Both the position numbers and the translations under genes were made by a program. A model generated the notes under the pieces. It was not told the origin of the DNA. It did no database searches and was given only the letters and a program-made list of their open reading frames with translations. A DNA stretch of 64,000 nucleotides from Aulosira sp. ZfuVER01 (GTDB lineage: Bacteria; Cyanobacteriota; Cyanobacteriia; Cyanobacteriales; Nostocaceae): positions 64,001 to 128,000 of the forward strand of contig JAVRCV020000034.1 of assembly GCA_034530615.2 (NCBI GenBank), in the 5' to 3' direction. This document shows, in pieces, positions 60,962-64,000 of the stretch (positions within the stretch are counted from its first letter, which is position 1; every line of letters starts with the position of its first letter).

Positions 60962-62103
60962 GGACGACCACCCATCAAATTCATTGCCCAAACTTGATCA
61001 AGGCTGTAATCTGCCAACCACTTATCCAGATCAAGAGTGTCAGCCCAAGTCATCCTTGCTTCACCTTCTTCCAGGTCACAAATTAAAACCTCATTTGGTT
61101 CAAGAAATCGAATCAGCCGATCTGAATGCGTTGCTACTATAAGCTGCGTGTGTTTTGAAGCTTCTCTCATTAAATATACTAAATGTCTCAAAAGTTCGGG
61201 ATGTAAGCTGACTTCTGGCTCATCTAGCAGAGTTATTGTTGTTAAGCTTTGGCTTTGCAGAAGAGTAACTAACCAAAGGAACCGCAGTGTCCCCTCTGAT
61301 AGCTCATGCACATATATAGGCTGAGAGAAATTTCTATCTGTCCAAGTCATGGAAATAGTTCCTGCGGCAACTGGAGGAAAGTTTAACCGCTCAAAATCTG
61401 GAAATGCTGTAGAAATAACATCTTCAACCATTTCAAAGCGATCTCTATCAGTTTCCCGAAGATCATAGAGACAGGAAACTAAATCTTCACCGCTTGCACC
61501 AGGAAGCTTCGCAGGACGCATTGCTTGAGGTAAACGAATTGGACTTTTCTCCGAAACATCAAGTGCCCCGTAATAAGTACAAGAAGCTAGGATTTTTCTC
61601 AAGTTTTCAGGCTTACGATACATTTTAGGAACTTGGGAAAGTGATGTTTCTAGATAATTATGTTCCCAGTTTGGTCTTAAAAGTCCGCTACCTTCCTGAA
61701 AATACTTAATATCTAATCTATGCGATTCAATGTACTTAAAGGGCTCAGGTTTACTTGGATTTCTCTGCTGTGTTAGAGTTTCATTTCTGATTTCATAAGA
61801 TAAGCCTTTAGGAGACAATGTTAAACCATATTTCAAAGGTTCTTCTTCTGGCACTTTCATTGAAACTGCGATTTCGAGTTCCTGCGCTTTGCCTCTAGTC
61901 AAAATTTCGTTTAATCCACCTTTAAACTGCAATGTCTCTTGTAGCTTGCCATTGGCTGAAGCGGCTAGTGTTGAAAGAACATCTAAGAAAGAGGTTTTTC
62001 CTGCCCCATTTGCACCAATCATAACAATCAGATTTCTCATCTCAATATCGACTTGCCGAAGACGGCGAAAACTCCTTACCGATATATTTTCAAATCTATC
62101 CAT
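60958..62103 (-). CDS. AAA_21 / ABC-type ATPase
   Basis: Walker A GANGAGKT, signature LSEGT, Walker B LLDEPE.SLHP and H-loop ATHS. Confidence 0.9.
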   Translation of the reverse strand: MDRFENISVRSFRRLRQVDIEMRNLIVMIGANGAGKTSFLDVLSTLAASANGKLQETLQFKGGLNEILTRGKAQELEIAVSMKVPEEEPLKYGLTLSPKGLSYEIRNETLTQQRNPSKPEPFKYIESHRLDIKYFQEGSGLLRPNWEHNYLETSLSQVPKMYRKPENLRKILASCTYYGALDVSEKSPIRLPQAMRPAKLPGASGEDLVSCLYDLRETDRDRFEMVEDVISTAFPDFERLNFPPVAAGTISMTWTDRNFSQPIYVHELSEGTLRFLWLVTLLQSQSLTTITLLDEPEVSLHPELLRHLVYLMREASKHTQLIVATHSDRLIRFLEPNEVLICDLEEGEARMTWADTLDLDKWLADYSLDQVWAMNLMGGRP

Positions 62104-62459
62104 ACAGATAACCACTATCATTGACAATAGTTAAACTTGCTTGAGCATCAAGATTCAAGGCATCCCCAGTATATCTACGAAGAGCTTTATCAAACCATAT
62201 AAATGGAGAAACCGCTATATTTAGTTCAAGTTTAGGAGGTATAAAAATCCCGTTGCAGTAGGCGGTATAAGGCTACTGGTGCTGATTTGAAGGAAATCTG
62301 CCGTAGCTGAACGATACCGTAAAAGCAATTAACTAAAAAATAAAAAAACTTTAGGGTTAAAGACTGCTTCTCGCGTGGAATCATCATGCGAGAAACTAGA
62401 GTAGCGCGATCGCGTGGTCTGGATGTCACAACTGTTCCTGAACAAACAACCTTGGGTAA

Positions 62460-62594
62460 AACCGACAACAAGAAGTCCGGGGGCGCATCCAAACCTATTC
62501 TCTCATTCAGTTAGAGGAACTTGGTGAGGCGTTGCTAGATTTTACAGCTATTGAGGATTTGTTTAACTGGTTGGAAGTTAATCAACCAGAGTAG
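62460..62594 (+). pseudogene. DUF4351 C-terminal remnant
   Basis: Manual translation QEVRGRIQTYSLIQLEELGEALLDFTAIEDLFNWLEVNQPE*; in-frame TAA at 62457 and no start codon. Confidence 0.7.
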
Positions 62595-62613
62595 GAAGCT
62601 TGCTTGTCATCGT

Positions 62614-63060
62614 TTATAACCATTTTGTCAGTAGATAGCGATCGCTATCAATAAATCCTGCTTTTCGATACACAGCCTGAGCATTTATATTTCCACGTTC
62701 TACCTCTAGATGTAGAGCTTGAACACCTTGCTCTTGGCAAATCTTTTCAGCCAACTGTAAACCCTGCTTTCCGATCCCTTGTCTTCGATACTTCTCCTGA
62801 ATATAGAATTCATCGACAAAAGCATCACGCCCACGATATTCTAAGCTGAAACCAAATGTCACAACTAGATAGCCAACGATTTCCTTGTCTAGATAGATCA
62901 GGTGGATTTGACCATAGTAATCATTATTCAAAATGCTTTTTAAAGCTGAACGTGCAGCCTGTTCATCAAAAGACAACTGCTCGTGTGCATAGAATTCACT
63001 CATCAACTTGAGAAGTATTTCTATGTTGAAAACAGATGCAAGTTTGAAGACTGGTTCCAT
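62614..63060 (-). CDS. GNAT N-acetyltransferase
   Basis: FSLEYRG, YRRQGIG and LEV...N..A...Y.K.GF motifs. Confidence 0.9.
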   Translation of the reverse strand: MEPVFKLASVFNIEILLKLMSEFYAHEQLSFDEQAARSALKSILNNDYYGQIHLIYLDKEIVGYLVVTFGFSLEYRGRDAFVDEFYIQEKYRRQGIGKQGLQLAEKICQEQGVQALHLEVERGNINAQAVYRKAGFIDSDRYLLTKWL

Positions 63061-63255
63061 AGTTTCAAATCACATAGTCAAATATAGTCAGACATTTGTG
63101 GAATTGGATTGAAGCAACTCCCCTTTGAGCATAAACAAGCTGGAATAGTGAAGTTATATTATTCACGCACATTCTTTTTTAAAATTTGTATTAACTGGGA
63201 TATTATTTTTCTTCTCTAAGCAGATTTCTGTGCAGTTAGTCACAAAAACCAAGGG

Positions 63256-63930
63256 CTATTCCCGCAGTGCATAACCAACACCGCGCACTGTATGAACTAA
63301 GCGTTTCTCGTTATTTTCTTCTAACTTCAAACGCAAGTAGCGGATGTAGACTTCGATAATATTAGAATCACCCATGAAGTCGTAACCCCAAACTTTTTCT
63401 AAAATTTGGTCTCTAGTAAATACTTGGCGAGGATGACTTAGCAGGTACTCTAACAAGTCAAACTCTTTTGCAGTTAACTCAATTGCGCGGTTACCGCGAA
63501 ATACTTGACGAGTGCGACGATTTAAACTCAAGTCTTCAAACTGTAAAACATCTTCGTCTGTTTCTTGAGTGCGGCGGAGATGGGCGCGAATTCTGGCTAA
63601 AAGTTCCTCAATACTGAAGGGTTTGACTACATAATCGTCAGCACCAGCATCTAAACCAGCGACGCGATCGCTTACTTCATCTTTTGCTGTCAATAATATC
63701 ACTGGGATTGAGTTACCAGTTGCACGCAGACGGCGGCAAATTTCTAAACCCGAAAGTCCTGGTAACATCCAATCAAGGACTGCTAAATCTGGTGATGAGT
63801 CTCGTGCTAAAGTCAAGCCCTCAATGCCATCATGGGCTACACTCACCTGATAGCCTTCGCTACTCAATTCTAATTGGACAAATCGAGCTAGTTTAACTTC
63901 ATCTTCAACTAAAAGGATGTGTGCTGCCAT
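63256..63930 (-). CDS. OmpR-family response regulator
   Basis: LLVEDE, LDWMLP, GADDY..KPF and wHTH ending VRGVGY. Confidence 0.94.
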   Translation of the reverse strand: MAAHILLVEDEVKLARFVQLELSSEGYQVSVAHDGIEGLTLARDSSPDLAVLDWMLPGLSGLEICRRLRATGNSIPVILLTAKDEVSDRVAGLDAGADDYVVKPFSIEELLARIRAHLRRTQETDEDVLQFEDLSLNRRTRQVFRGNRAIELTAKEFDLLEYLLSHPRQVFTRDQILEKVWGYDFMGDSNIIEVYIRYLRLKLEENNEKRLVHTVRGVGYALRE

Positions 63931-64000
63931 ATTTTTCTCCTAAAGCAGGTAATCTTAAAATAAAATTGCTGCCTGCACCTGACTCTGAATGCACTGCAAC

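Overview
Chromosomal window from a heterocyst-forming cyanobacterium (Nostocales-like). The assignment rests on dense HIP1 GCGATCGC octamers, heptamer STRR arrays, a split-intein dnaE-C and a beta-carboxysome operon. The window holds the CO2-concentrating locus (ndhD4/ndhF4 divergent from ccmK2-K1-L-M-N-O, then a CmpR-type LysR gene) and housekeeping genes (mnmE, ftrC, family-4 UDG, dnaE-C, gatA, fahA, ahcY, redox enzymes, two MscS channels). Accessory or conflict-type genes are interspersed: a DUF4011-helicase-Vsr-like protein with paired internal duplications, a metacaspase, NADAR, a PD-(D/E)xK-like ORF and an ABC-ATPase/TOPRIM-like pair. The most unusual signal is at 11140-13280. A catalytically intact CHAT (caspase-like) protease ORF ends just after an A10 run, and the -1 frame from that run stays open into a small adaptor-like domain fused to a HetZ-related regulator. 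This suggests a slippage-controlled protease-adaptor-regulator fusion, although a homopolymer assembly error is not excluded. Several tiny mobile repeats are also visible, including 21/24-nt insertions that split HIP1 sites. No rRNA, tRNA, CRISPR array or intact IS was seen. All family assignments come from motif recognition, not database searches.
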